DNA of 23,884 nt from Candidatus Asgardarchaeum abyssi. GTDB lineage: Archaea; Asgardarchaeota; Asgardarchaeia; Asgardarchaeales; Asgardarchaeaceae. Within the stretch, counting starts at the first letter, position 1. Every line of letters begins with the position of its first letter. The notes beneath the pieces are model-generated. The model had not been told where the DNA came from. It did no database searches and saw nothing but the letters and a program-made list of their open reading frames with translations. A program made the translations under genes and the position numbers. The stretch covers positions 1-23,884 of the forward strand of contig JBECUL010000033.1 in assembly GCA_040225955.1 (NCBI GenBank), read 5' to 3'. This document shows positions 1 through 9,934 of the stretch, one piece after another.

Positions 1-1
1 C

Positions 2-262
2 TTCCATGCTATGGGTGGGCGAGAGGGATTAGTAGATACTGCTGTAAGAACATCAAATAGTGGTTATATGCAAAGAAGACTTATTAATGCTTTACAAGAC
101 TTAAAAGTAGAATACGACGGAACAGTACGTGATGCCGCAAGCAGAATAATTCAGTTTAAATATGGTGAAGATAGTGTAGACCCTGCGCGATCCGATCATG
201 GTAAAGCAGTTAATATAGATGTTATAATTGAAAAAGTTTTAGCACAAAGAGAGGGAAAATAA
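2..262 (+). CDS. rpoA1: DNA-directed RNA polymerase subunit A' (Rpo1N), C-terminal end; 5' end cut by the window edge
   Basis: The frame is open from position 2. The translation [27 protein letters not shown]... is the conserved largest-subunit motif. Subunit A'' follows 30 nt downstream, as in archaeal rpo operons. Confidence 0.85.
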   Translation, partial: FHAMGGREGLVDTAVRTSNSGYMQRRLINALQDLKVEYDGTVRDAASRIIQFKYGEDSVDPARSDHGKAVNIDVIIEKVLAQREGK

Positions 263-1790
<1,528 letters not shown>

Positions 1791-1791
<1 letters not shown>

Positions 1792-2228
1792 TGAGTATTC
1801 GTCTATCATCAGAAGAAATACAATATATTCACTTGTTTGAAAGTATTACTGGTGCTGCTGCGAAAGATTGTATCATCATTCCAGAGGAGGACAGAATAAT
1901 TTTTCTAGTTTATCCTGGGCAGATTGGTGTAGCAATTGGTAGAGAAGGTAAAAACATCCGGCAACTAAAAAGTCTTTTAAAGAAAAATATTGAAATTGTT
2001 GAATTTTCGCAGAATCTTAGACGTTTTGTACAGAATTGTTTCAGAACCGTTAAAATACTTGATATTAATATTGAGACTGATAATAGTGGAACAAAGAAGC
2101 TTCTAAAAGTAATCGTAAGACCTGAGGATAAGGGATTAGCTATTGGAAAAAATAAAAGAAATCTTACAAGAGCTAAGATTTTGCTGAAAAGACATTTCAA
2201 AATAGATGATGTTATTATTACTTCATGA
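1791..2228 (+). CDS. nusA: Archaeal NusA-like transcription termination/antitermination protein (two KH domains)
   Basis: 145 aa with two KH GXXG motifs (GVAIGREGKNIRQLK and GLAIGKNKRNLTRAK). Its start overlaps the L30e stop (TAATG). Conserved operon position. Confidence 0.85.
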
Positions 2229-2292
2229 TAGGCATCGAATTGAAAGTAAGACTTATATATTGAAATATAATTACCTCACAAAGTAAACAAAA

Positions 2293-2310
2293 TTAAACAT
2301 ATATGTTTAA
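2293..2310. repeat. Perfect 18-nt palindrome in the nusA-rps12 spacer
   Basis: TTAAACATATATGTTTAA is its own reverse complement. It lies 28 nt upstream of the rps12 ATG. Confidence 0.6.
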
Positions 2311-2337
2311 TCAGAATTATAGAATGGAGGTTTAATA

Positions 2338-2781
2338 ATGCCTGGATCAAAAGCGCCTATGGGCTTATTCGCTGCAAGGAAGTTAAAGTTAAAAAGAAAA
2401 AAGTTCAGATGGAGTAAACCAGATTATAAACGTAGAATGCTACGACTAGATGTGAAAGCAGATCCATTAGAAGGTGCGCCCCAAGCGAGAGGTATTGTTA
2501 TAAAAAAGGTTGGTGTAGAAGCAAAGCAGCCAAATTCTGCTATTAGGAAGTGCGTACGTGTTCAGCTAGTTAAAAATGGAAAAACAATAACGGCCTTTGT
2601 ACCATTAGATGGTACGCTAAACTATATAGATGAACATGATGAAGTAATAGTAGAAGGAATAGGTGGTGCTAAGGGGCGCTCTATGGGCGATATACCTGGT
2701 GTTCGTTGGAAAGTAGTGAAGGTAAATGGTGTATCTTTAGAGGCTATTTGGAAAGGAAAAAAAGAAAAACCTAGGAGGTAA
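2338..2781 (+). CDS. rps12: 30S ribosomal protein S12 (uS12)
   Basis: 147 aa containing [40 protein letters not shown] lies 7 nt upstream of the ATG. Confidence 0.95.
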   Translation: MPGSKAPMGLFAARKLKLKRKKFRWSKPDYKRRMLRLDVKADPLEGAPQARGIVIKKVGVEAKQPNSAIRKCVRVQLVKNGKTITAFVPLDGTLNYIDEHDEVIVEGIGGAKGRSMGDIPGVRWKVVKVNGVSLEAIWKGKKEKPRR

Positions 2782-2786
2782 TTGCG

Positions 2787-3398
2787 TTGAGTCAACAAGA
2801 AGAAATTAAATTGTTTGGTAAATGGAGCTTCTCTGATGTAGAGGTACGTGATATAAGTCTTAGAAGATATATATCATTAAAGCCGGTGTATCTTCCACAT
2901 ACTGGAGGGCGTCATGAGCACCAAAGATTTGGAAAATCTAAAGTTCCGATTGTTGAACGTCTTATTAATAAGTTAATGAGTCCAGGAATTGTAGTGCGTG
3001 GTAAAGGATTAAGAAGAAGCGGTAGAGCTTCTGGTAAAAAAATACGAGCAACAAATATTGTTAAACGAGCTTTTGATATAATATATTTACGAACTGGAAA
3101 AAATCCTATACAAGTGCTTGTGGATGCTATAATTAATGCGGGACCTAGAGAGGAAGATACACGCGTTGTATATGGTGGTATAACTTATAGACAACCCGCT
3201 GATACCTCGCCTCAACGTAGAATTGATTTAGCTATAAGGTTTATTGTTGAGGCTGCATGGAGAAATACTTTTTCTAGTTTAAAAAGTTTTGAAGAAGCTT
3301 TAGCTGATGAAATAATTGCCGCCGCAGCGTACTCTCCAGATAGTTTTGCTATTAAGAAAAAAGAAGAAAAGGAGCGTTTGGCTAGAGCGTCACGTTAA
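2787..3398 (+). CDS. rps7: 30S ribosomal protein S7 (uS7)
   Basis: 203 aa. TTG start preceded by AGGAGGT at 2773-2779. Archaeal S7 pattern (KLFGKWS...VERLINKLM...[15 protein letters not shown]...). Follows S12 as in the str operon. Confidence 0.93.
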   Translation: MSQQEEIKLFGKWSFSDVEVRDISLRRYISLKPVYLPHTGGRHEHQRFGKSKVPIVERLINKLMSPGIVVRGKGLRRSGRASGKKIRATNIVKRAFDIIYLRTGKNPIQVLVDAIINAGPREEDTRVVYGGITYRQPADTSPQRRIDLAIRFIVEAAWRNTFSSLKSFEEALADEIIAAAAYSPDSFAIKKKEEKERLARASR

Positions 3399-3570
3399 TT
3401 TTAATTATTTTATGCTTGCTATTTGCTAAATTTCTAAATTTTCTCGAACTAATCTAAATTATTTAGGTAATCGTAATCATTTAGAGATCTATGATATTGG
3501 TATAAGGTTTATTATATCAACAAATTTAAATAAGTAGCGATATATTCAATAATGAAAAACAAGAAAAACA

Positions 3571-3578
3571 TTTATAAA
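3571..3578 (+). promoter_or_regulatory. TATA box candidate for tuf-rps10
   Basis: TTTATAAA lies 50 nt upstream of the tuf ATG. This would give a leader of about 25 nt containing the GAGGGAT SD. Confidence 0.4.
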
Positions 3579-3627
3579 ACCTTTTAAAATATCGCTAAAT
3601 TAAAAACAGCAATGAGGGATATTAATC

Positions 3628-4935
3628 ATGCCAAAAGAAAAACCACATCTAAATCTTGTTATTATAGGTCACGTGGACCACGGTAAAAGTACTACTATGG
3701 GTCATTTCTTATACCTAGTTGGTGCTATAGATGAAAGAAAAATTCGTGAATTAGAAAAAGAAGCAGCTGAGAAAAAGGATGTATCCTTTAAATTTGCATA
3801 TGTCTTAGATCGATTAAAAGAAGAGAGAGTTAGAGGACTGACCATCGATCTTGCTTTCCAAAAATTTGAAACTCAAAAGTACTATTTCACAATAATAGAT
3901 GCTCCCGGGCATGCCGACTTTATTAAAAACATGATTACTGGGACTTCTCAAGCTGATGCAGCAATATTAGTAGTAAGTGCAAGAAAGGGAGAGTATGAAG
4001 CAGGTATAGGTCCACTAGGTCAAACAAGAGAACATGCATACTTAGCTTTTGTTCTTGGAGTAAATCAATTAGTTGTTGCTATCAATAAAATGGATGCAAC
4101 GCAACCGCCTTACAGTAAAGAACGTTTCGAGGAAGTTAAAAATGGAGTCATGGAGCTATTGAAGAAAGTAGGTTATAAAGTTGAGAAAATACCATTTATC
4201 CCAATTAGTGGACTTAAAGGGGATAATTTGGTTAAAAAGAGCGAGAATATGCCTTGGTATGACGGTCCAACATTACTTGAAGCGCTAGACTTATTTGAAG
4301 TACCACCAAAACCAATAGACAAACCATTAAGAATTCCTATAGAAAATGTTTATACGATCACTGGCGTTGGTACAGTTCCAGTAGGGCGTGTTGAAACTGG
4401 CATTCTAAAGGTTGGTGATACAGTAGTATTTCTACCACCAGGAGTAGGCGGTGAAGTAAAAAGTATTGAAATGCATCATGAACCAATTCCTCAAGCCGAA
4501 CCTGGAGATAACATAGGTTTTAATGTCAGAGGAGTTTCTAAGAAGGACCTTAAACGAGGAGATGTTGCATCACATCCAGATAGTAAACCTCCTGTGGTTA
4601 CTGAATTTATTGCTCAGATACAAGTAATTCACTGGCCTGGTAAACGTAAAGGTAGCGGCATAGTACAAGGTTATACACCAGTAATGCACATTCATACTGC
4701 GCAAACTGCAGTTAGATTTGTTGAGCTCATTAAAAAAGTTAGGCCAACACAAGAGGATAATCCAAAGATTCTACTTCCTGGAGATGTTGCTTTAGTACGT
4801 CTTTCACCTATCGAGCCTATAGTAGTTGAACGATATAGAGATATTTCTAGACTAGGAAGATTTGCAATTCGTGACATGGGCCGAACAGTAGCTGTAGGTG
4901 TAATAACAGACATAACTCAAACTGTTCAAAAGTAA
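3628..4935 (+). CDS. tuf: Translation elongation factor EF-1alpha (aEF1A)
   Basis: 435 aa with GTPase motifs GHVDHGKST, DAPGH and NKMD, plus an archaeal/eukaryal EF-1alpha N-terminus (KPHLNLVIIGHVDHGKSTT.GH.LY). GAGGGAT SD lies upstream. Confidence 0.97.
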   Translation: MPKEKPHLNLVIIGHVDHGKSTTMGHFLYLVGAIDERKIRELEKEAAEKKDVSFKFAYVLDRLKEERVRGLTIDLAFQKFETQKYYFTIIDAPGHADFIKNMITGTSQADAAILVVSARKGEYEAGIGPLGQTREHAYLAFVLGVNQLVVAINKMDATQPPYSKERFEEVKNGVMELLKKVGYKVEKIPFIPISGLKGDNLVKKSENMPWYDGPTLLEALDLFEVPPKPIDKPLRIPIENVYTITGVGTVPVGRVETGILKVGDTVVFLPPGVGGEVKSIEMHHEPIPQAEPGDNIGFNVRGVSKKDLKRGDVASHPDSKPPVVTEFIAQIQVIHWPGKRKGSGIVQGYTPVMHIHTAQTAVRFVELIKKVRPTQEDNPKILLPGDVALVRLSPIEPIVVERYRDISRLGRFAIRDMGRTVAVGVITDITQTVQK

Positions 4936-4946
4936 AAAACTTAATC

Positions 4947-4954
4947 TTTTTTTT
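4947..4954 (+). terminator. T8 tract between tuf and rps10 (possible partial terminator/attenuator)
   Basis: A run of eight T lies 12 nt after the tuf stop and 27 nt before the rps10 ATG. Confidence 0.3.
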
Positions 4955-4981
4955 CTTATACAATATACTAAGGTGATCTGA

Positions 4982-5290
4982 ATGCCGCAAAGAGCAAGAA
5001 TTCGATTATCCAGCCCGGATCCAAAAAAATTAGAACGAGTGACCCAAGATATTGTTGAAATTGCAAAAAAGACAGGTGTGAAAATCTCTGGACCCATACC
5101 TTTACCAACGAAGAGAATAAAAATCCCAGTTCGGAAGTCCCCCTGTGGTGAAGGAACAGCAACTTGGGACAAATTTGAATTAAGAATACATAAAAGACTA
5201 ATTGACATAGCAGCTGATGATAGGGCTATGAGACAAATAATGAGAATTAAAGTACCTGATGATGTGTATATAACAATAGAAATTGCGTAA
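4982..5290 (+). CDS. rps10: 30S ribosomal protein S10 (uS10)
   Basis: 102 aa with a typical S10 start ([14 protein letters not shown]...) and an AGGTGAT SD. Immediately downstream of tuf, as in archaea. Confidence 0.95.
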   Translation: MPQRARIRLSSPDPKKLERVTQDIVEIAKKTGVKISGPIPLPTKRIKIPVRKSPCGEGTATWDKFELRIHKRLIDIAADDRAMRQIMRIKVPDDVYITIEIA

Positions 5291-5345
5291 TCTTTACAAT
5301 GTTTTTACTCTTAATTTAAGTAGTTAAGCCTAATAATTACTTAAC

Positions 5346-5786
5346 TTATATATCAAATACAACTCTCGCTATGTATGTGTTTTTTTCCTTTTTAATTTCC
5401 ATCATGTTAAGTGTTACTGCCTTTACTTCCGTTTTGGGAGGATGTTTACTTAAGTTAAATTTTTCTCCTTTACACTCAGCGTGAAGTATGTACTTTCTAT
5501 CTTTCCTTGTTATGGATTTTATCTCGATTTCTGGAAATATTAAATACTCAGTACCAAATATAAAAAGCAACTCTTCAAGCCATTCATATAAAAGTAATTT
5601 TAACCCCTCACCTTCAACTTTTATTGTTCTTGATATTTTTCTGCTAAAAGTATTAATATCAGTCATAATATCATACATTGCAAGTGCGCATTGTTTAAAG
5701 ACTTCTTCTAGAGTGGGACCCCATGCCTCAATGTATACATCAGCTGTATGTTCTAAATATTTAAATCCTGAATTTTTCCGAATCAT
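5346..5786 (-). CDS. Archease (RtcB activation cofactor)
   Basis: 146 aa. The N-terminus FKYLEHTADVYIEAWG carries the archease signature (EHTAD). AGAGGGAT SD. An RtcB gene lies about 650 bp away. Confidence 0.9.
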   Translation of the reverse strand: MIRKNSGFKYLEHTADVYIEAWGPTLEEVFKQCALAMYDIMTDINTFSRKISRTIKVEGEGLKLLLYEWLEELLFIFGTEYLIFPEIEIKSITRKDRKYILHAECKGEKFNLSKHPPKTEVKAVTLNMMEIKKEKNTYIARVVFDI

Positions 5787-5825
5787 TTAAATCCCTCTTT
5801 GTTTTCATTTTAACTTGAACATATT

Positions 5826-5909
5826 GCCGGGGTGGCCGAGTGGACGAAGGCGCGAGACTTGAGATCTCGTGCCCGCAAGGGTTCGCGGGTTCAAATCCCG
5901 CCCCCGGCG
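5826..5909 (+). tRNA. tRNA-Ser (anticodon UGA), class II with long variable arm
   Basis: Manual fold:
- Acceptor GCCGGGG/CCCCGGC.
- 3-bp D stem GCC/GGC.
- Anticodon stem CGAGA/TCTCG with loop CTTGAGA.
- Variable arm TGCCCGCAAGGGTTC.
- T arm GCGGG-TTCAAAT-CCCGC.
- Discriminator G.
- No encoded CCA. Confidence 0.9.
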
Positions 5910-5915
5910 CTACTT

Positions 5916-6353
5916 TTACCTAAATCGAACTGTTATTTCATCTACTAATAGCTCTACAGCTCTTTTTTTTCCATTCTTTATAATTTTCACTAAGCCCATT
6001 CTCTCTAAGATTTTTAAATCATAATAAATATTTTTTATATCTCTACCTGTTGTTTTCGCAAGTTGTGTAATTGACTGAAAATCCCCTTTCGAAAGGATCT
6101 CTATTAACTCGAGTCTTTTATGCGTGAAGAGTTTTGTTAGTATCTCTCTATCTAAATTCTTAAATTCCTTTATGTCGATAAATAGTTCTCCCTCTTCTTG
6201 ATATTCATTATATGCGATTAGTAATCTATTGAGTTTCATTTCTAGTCTCCATTTTTTCTTTGGCTCGGTTTCTTTTTTTGTTGCTGTTATTAGGAAGTCA
6301 ATTTTCCTCTTAATTTCATCGGGAAGAATTTTTCTTCTGATAATAATCTCCAA
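5916..6353 (-). CDS. Small winged helix-turn-helix transcriptional regulator (ArsR/MarR-like), function unknown
   Basis: 145-aa ORF with a TTG start 5 nt after an AAGGTGAT SD. The C-terminal half reads as a wHTH (RLELIEILSKGDFQSITQLAKTTGRDIKNIYYDLKILERMGLVKIIKNGKK). An alternative ATG start at residue 39 cannot be excluded. Confidence 0.6.
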   Translation of the reverse strand: MEIIIRRKILPDEIKRKIDFLITATKKETEPKKKWRLEMKLNRLLIAYNEYQEEGELFIDIKEFKNLDREILTKLFTHKRLELIEILSKGDFQSITQLAKTTGRDIKNIYYDLKILERMGLVKIIKNGKKRAVELLVDEITVRFR

Positions 6354-6364
6354 TCATAATCACC

Positions 6365-6383
6365 TTTGGTGTATTACACCAAA
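6365..6383. promoter_or_regulatory. Perfect 19-nt palindrome (candidate operator) in the wHTH/rtcB divergent promoter
   Basis: TTTGGTGTA-T-TACACCAAA, with 9-nt arms and no mismatch. It lies directly between the SD of the wHTH gene (atcacct, 6358-6364) and a TATA-like GTATATATCC (6387-6396). Confidence 0.45.
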
Positions 6384-6440
6384 AAAGTATATATCCTTTA
6401 CCATATTAATACTTTCAGAAAATATCATGGTGGTATTATC

Positions 6441-7892
6441 ATGGTTAATATTCCATTAAAAAGAATTGATAAGTATATTTGGGAAATTCCTACTAGTTAT
6501 AAAAGGGAAATGAGAGTGCCCGCTATTATCTTTGCTGACGAAATTCTCTTAGAAAAAATGAAAAGTGATTTAACTTTAGAACAGAGTGTTCATGTAGCGC
6601 AACTTCCTGGTATTTATAAAGCATCAATTGTCATGCCAGACGGTCACCAAGGTTATGGGTTTCCAATAGGTGGAGTTGCAGCCTTCGATTACGAAGATGG
6701 CATCGTTAGCCCTGGTGGAGTAGGGTATGATATAAATTGTGGTGTTCGTCTCGTAAGAACAAACCTCATGAAAGAAGATGTAATTCCTAAGATGAAGGAA
6801 TTACTTGATACTCTCTTCAGAAGAGTTCCATCTGGTGTAGGTAGTAGTGGTGCGTATAGAATTAGCGTTTCCGAACTAGATGAAGTCGCAATATATGGTG
6901 CAAAATGGGCTATCGATAGAGGCTATGGTTGGAGAGATGATATAGATTCATGTGAAGAAAATGGACAATTAAAGATTGCTGATCCATCAAAAGTTTCAAA
7001 TAGAGCCAAACAACGTGGAAGAGAGCAACTTGGTACTTTAGGAAGCGGTAATCATTTTCTTGAAATTCAATATGTTGAGAAGATATATAATCCAGAAGTT
7101 GCTAAAGCTCTTGGTATTGTACAGGAAGGACAAATAACTGTCATGATTCATACTGGAAGTCGTGGTTATGGTCATCAAATATGCTCCGATTATCTAAAGA
7201 TATTAGTTTCTGCCAGAGCTAAATATAATTTAAGGTTTCCTGACCCGGAGTTAGCGTACGCACCTCTAAAAAGTAAAGAGGCTATGGATTATTTAGCAGC
7301 AATGGCTTCTGCCGCAAACTTTGCATGGGCAAATAGGCAACTTATACTTAATTCTACAAGAAAAGCATTTGAGGAGGTGTTTAAAACAAGTGCAGAAGAT
7401 TTAGATATGCACTTGATCTATGACGTGGCTCACAACATTGCAAAAATAGAAGAACATAAAGTAAACGGCACAACAAAGAAGGTAGTAGTTCACAGGAAAG
7501 GCGCTACTCGAGCCTTTCCGCCTGGGCATCCAGCAATACCTCAGAAATATCAAAAAACTGGTCAACCAGTTTTAATCCCTGGATCTATGGGGACCTCATC
7601 CTACGTATTAGTTGGTACACCTAAAAGTATGGAATTAAGTTTTGGAAGTACGGCGCATGGAGCAGGTCGTTTACTTAGTAGAATGAAAGCGAAAAAACAA
7701 TTTTGGGGTAGTAGTGTAATAGAAAAATTAAGGTCACAAGGTATTTTAGTAAGAGCAGCAACTCTCCGCGTAGTCAGTGAAGAAGCACCCGAAGCATATA
7801 AAGATGTGGATAGAGTAGTAAAAGTGAGTCATGAGGTAGGTATAGGAAAACTGGTAGTTAAGCTAAGGCCAATCGGTGTCGTTAAGGGATAA
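6441..7892 (+). CDS. rtcB: RNA-splicing ligase RtcB (3'-phosphate/5'-hydroxyl RNA ligase)
   Basis: Motifs PDGHQGYGFPIGGV, GGVGYDINCGVR, GSGNHFLEIQ, HTGSRGYGHQ, HRKGAT, GSMGTSSY and STAHGAGR (catalytic His). I place the start at ATG 6441 (MVNIPLKRI...), which has a GGTGG SD 8 nt upstream. The ORF-track start at 6366 adds an AT-rich, non-conserved 25 aa. The length of 483 aa indicates no intein. Confidence 0.95.
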   Translation: MVNIPLKRIDKYIWEIPTSYKREMRVPAIIFADEILLEKMKSDLTLEQSVHVAQLPGIYKASIVMPDGHQGYGFPIGGVAAFDYEDGIVSPGGVGYDINCGVRLVRTNLMKEDVIPKMKELLDTLFRRVPSGVGSSGAYRISVSELDEVAIYGAKWAIDRGYGWRDDIDSCEENGQLKIADPSKVSNRAKQRGREQLGTLGSGNHFLEIQYVEKIYNPEVAKALGIVQEGQITVMIHTGSRGYGHQICSDYLKILVSARAKYNLRFPDPELAYAPLKSKEAMDYLAAMASAANFAWANRQLILNSTRKAFEEVFKTSAEDLDMHLIYDVAHNIAKIEEHKVNGTTKKVVVHRKGATRAFPPGHPAIPQKYQKTGQPVLIPGSMGTSSYVLVGTPKSMELSFGSTAHGAGRLLSRMKAKKQFWGSSVIEKLRSQGILVRAATLRVVSEEAPEAYKDVDRVVKVSHEVGIGKLVVKLRPIGVVKG

Positions 7893-7897
7893 AGTAA

Positions 7898-8164
7898 TTA
7901 TTCTTCCTTTTCTTCAGGTATTTCTATTTCTCCAGCATAAAATTTGTCCAAAAAATCTCCATATACATCAACATTTTCCATTAATTGATTAATCTTTGTT
8001 GAATAACTAATTTTACAGTAACCACAACTTAAATAAGCTACATTATTTTTCCTATCTATTTTTATATATATACTCTTATGACCACAGTTAGGGCATTCAA
8101 AGACATCTGGTAATTTTGGCTTTACACGCTTTTCAATTTTTCGCCCTTTTCTTCTTCTTCCCAC
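7898..8164 (-). CDS. elf1: Elf1-like zinc-ribbon transcription elongation factor homolog
   Basis: 88 aa with a basic N-terminus (GRRRKGRKIEKR), a CPNC...CGYC zinc ribbon, then INQL...VDVYGDFLD and an acidic tail. This is collinear with eukaryotic Elf1 (F.C..C.H...L.C..C....IN.L...VDVY.D). GTG start with an AAGGTGAT SD. Confidence 0.75.
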   Translation of the reverse strand: MGRRRKGRKIEKRVKPKLPDVFECPNCGHKSIYIKIDRKNNVAYLSCGYCKISYSTKINQLMENVDVYGDFLDKFYAGEIEIPEEKEE

Positions 8165-8191
8165 TTTAAATCACCTTCATTTTTGTACACT

Positions 8192-9934
8192 CTAACTCTC
8201 ATTTGATGATAAAGCTTTTCTCTTTATAAAATCATTTACTTCTTCTAATATGTCAACTATGAATATTTGGTTTGCTATAATTTCAAAAGACTCTATAAAA
8301 TCATTATATTTTACTTTTCCCGTAATTCCAACAAGTAAACCAATTAAGGTATCATTTAAAGTATCATATGTTATATTATCCAAATCAACTTTTTCACCAA
8401 ATTGCATCTTTAAAAACTCTTTAAGGGCATCTCCCATGAGAGTAACTCTAATAGTATCTGTTCCATCATCGATAATAAATGTTATTATATACCTTCTAAT
8501 AGGCTTGCTTATTTCCCCACATGATTTACAAATCCATTTTCTTGAAATGTATTCTACTTTTGAATAACAAACAGGACAGGCGTTATAGTAGAGTTGCTTA
8601 TTTATAATTTTCACAATTATTCCCTTAACTGCTACATAGTTCATACTACTATTAATATTAGATATTTGAGTAAACTCAATTCTCTTTAATGAATTAATTT
8701 TTGGTAGTTCGTCAGCGCTAGGGAAATCAATGTTCTCAGTTATCTTAATTAAAGAATTATTATCTATTCTCGCCTCAAATTCACCTTGCTTATTTCTTAT
8801 TATTTTACATTTACTTATCTCAATTAAGTTATTATATTTAAGAATTGAAAGCAGATTTTCAATATTCTCGTTCCATCCACTAACCTTTATACAGCCAGTC
8901 TTATCAGACAATGTAAAACTTATTCTCTTACCCATTGTTCCGTCAATTACAGAAAATATTTTTATTGCTGGTTCAGATGACACTCTACCAAGTAAATTAG
9001 CAAAGTATGTATACTCTGAAATATCTTTTATTAATACAATATCCTTTAACTTCTTCAATACAATATTTCTTAATATCTCATTATCTTTTTTCTCTATAAG
9101 CTCTAAATTATTAATATGAATTTCGTAATGACCGTCTAAACCTTTCTTAATTTTAAAACCTTTAAGCTTTAAACAATCATATATTTTTAGATCTTTGACG
9201 ATTTTAGTTGCCTCATTCCAAAAAACAGCTCTAAGTGAACCAGTTTCATCTGCAATTACGACCGATGCTCTTTTTTTCTCATTATTAAATAGTTTAATAT
9301 CTGAAATCTCGATTACTATACCTTCTACTTCAATAGGTGTAACTATTTTATTATCGATTTCTGATATTTTCTTTCGAATAAATTTTATCTCTAAGAGATC
9401 TGATACATCAATATCTGGAGGATTAATTTTAATTTGGGATTTCTTAATAATGTGTATTTCTGGAGTATTGTTTCTACCAATTTTGACAAATCCATTAATG
9501 ATTTTAATAACGTCTCCTACTTTCAATTTTTTTTCTATTATGTCGTCTACTTTATCGCCCCATATAACAACTCTAATGCTTCCACTTTTATCAGAAATTA
9601 CGATAGATGCTAATTTTCCTTGTTTGCCGTTTTTAGTAAAGCTCTTTATACCGTAGTTCTTCGTAACTCTTCCAACTATTGTAACAAAGGTATTTGGTTT
9701 GTTTTTTATTCTTTCAATATTATCTTCCTGTGCTCTTATAATTTCAGTATCAAAGACATCAACGCCTAAATCTCGTGCTACTACATGCACTGCACCTATA
9801 TCTGAGATAAATTCCTCACCAAACTCTTTTTTCACTTCTCTTATTTTTTCAAATATTTCCTTCCTAGAAAGCCCAGTTTCAGATATTATCTTGCTAATGA
9901 TTTCTTCAAAATCTGAATTCCCCCCATATGACAT
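8192..9934 (-). CDS. rpa: Replication protein A (single-stranded DNA-binding protein) with four OB folds and a zinc ribbon
   Basis: 580 aa.
- The N-terminal helical domain (SRKEIFEKIREVKKEFGEEFISDIGAVHVVARDLGVDV) is typical of archaeal RPA.
- Three internal repeats end in the pattern D(K/E)(S/T)G.(I/L)(R/K)...W (SDKSGSIRVVIWGD, ADETGSLRAVFWNE, SDKTGCIKVSGWNE).
- A fourth OB fold is interrupted by CPVC...CKSC and followed by DDGTDTIRVTLMGD. Confidence 0.8.
   Translation of the reverse strand: MSYGGNSDFEEIISKIISETGLSRKEIFEKIREVKKEFGEEFISDIGAVHVVARDLGVDVFDTEIIRAQEDNIERIKNKPNTFVTIVGRVTKNYGIKSFTKNGKQGKLASIVISDKSGSIRVVIWGDKVDDIIEKKLKVGDVIKIINGFVKIGRNNTPEIHIIKKSQIKINPPDIDVSDLLEIKFIRKKISEIDNKIVTPIEVEGIVIEISDIKLFNNEKKRASVVIADETGSLRAVFWNEATKIVKDLKIYDCLKLKGFKIKKGLDGHYEIHINNLELIEKKDNEILRNIVLKKLKDIVLIKDISEYTYFANLLGRVSSEPAIKIFSVIDGTMGKRISFTLSDKTGCIKVSGWNENIENLLSILKYNNLIEISKCKIIRNKQGEFEARIDNNSLIKITENIDFPSADELPKINSLKRIEFTQISNINSSMNYVAVKGIIVKIINKQLYYNACPVCYSKVEYISRKWICKSCGEISKPIRRYIITFIIDDGTDTIRVTLMGDALKEFLKMQFGEKVDLDNITYDTLNDTLIGLLVGITGKVKYNDFIESFEIIANQIFIVDILEEVNDFIKRKALSSNES

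Noticed and set aside
3399-3627. Absence of EF-2 (fusA) between S7 and EF-1alpha, considered as a deletion or rearrangement scar. Also the CTAAATT triplet at 3426-3460.
   Set aside because: The S7-EF-1alpha arrangement without EF-2 is the normal crenarchaeal/TACK-type str cluster. CTAAAT-type hexamers are expected many times by chance at this base composition.
6366-6440. 25-codon N-terminal extension of the RtcB ORF (MVYYTKKVYILYHINTFRKYHGGII).
   Set aside because: The extension is AT-rich promoter-like sequence that contains the TATA-like elements. The SD (GGTGG) precedes the internal ATG 6441, and RtcB homology begins there.
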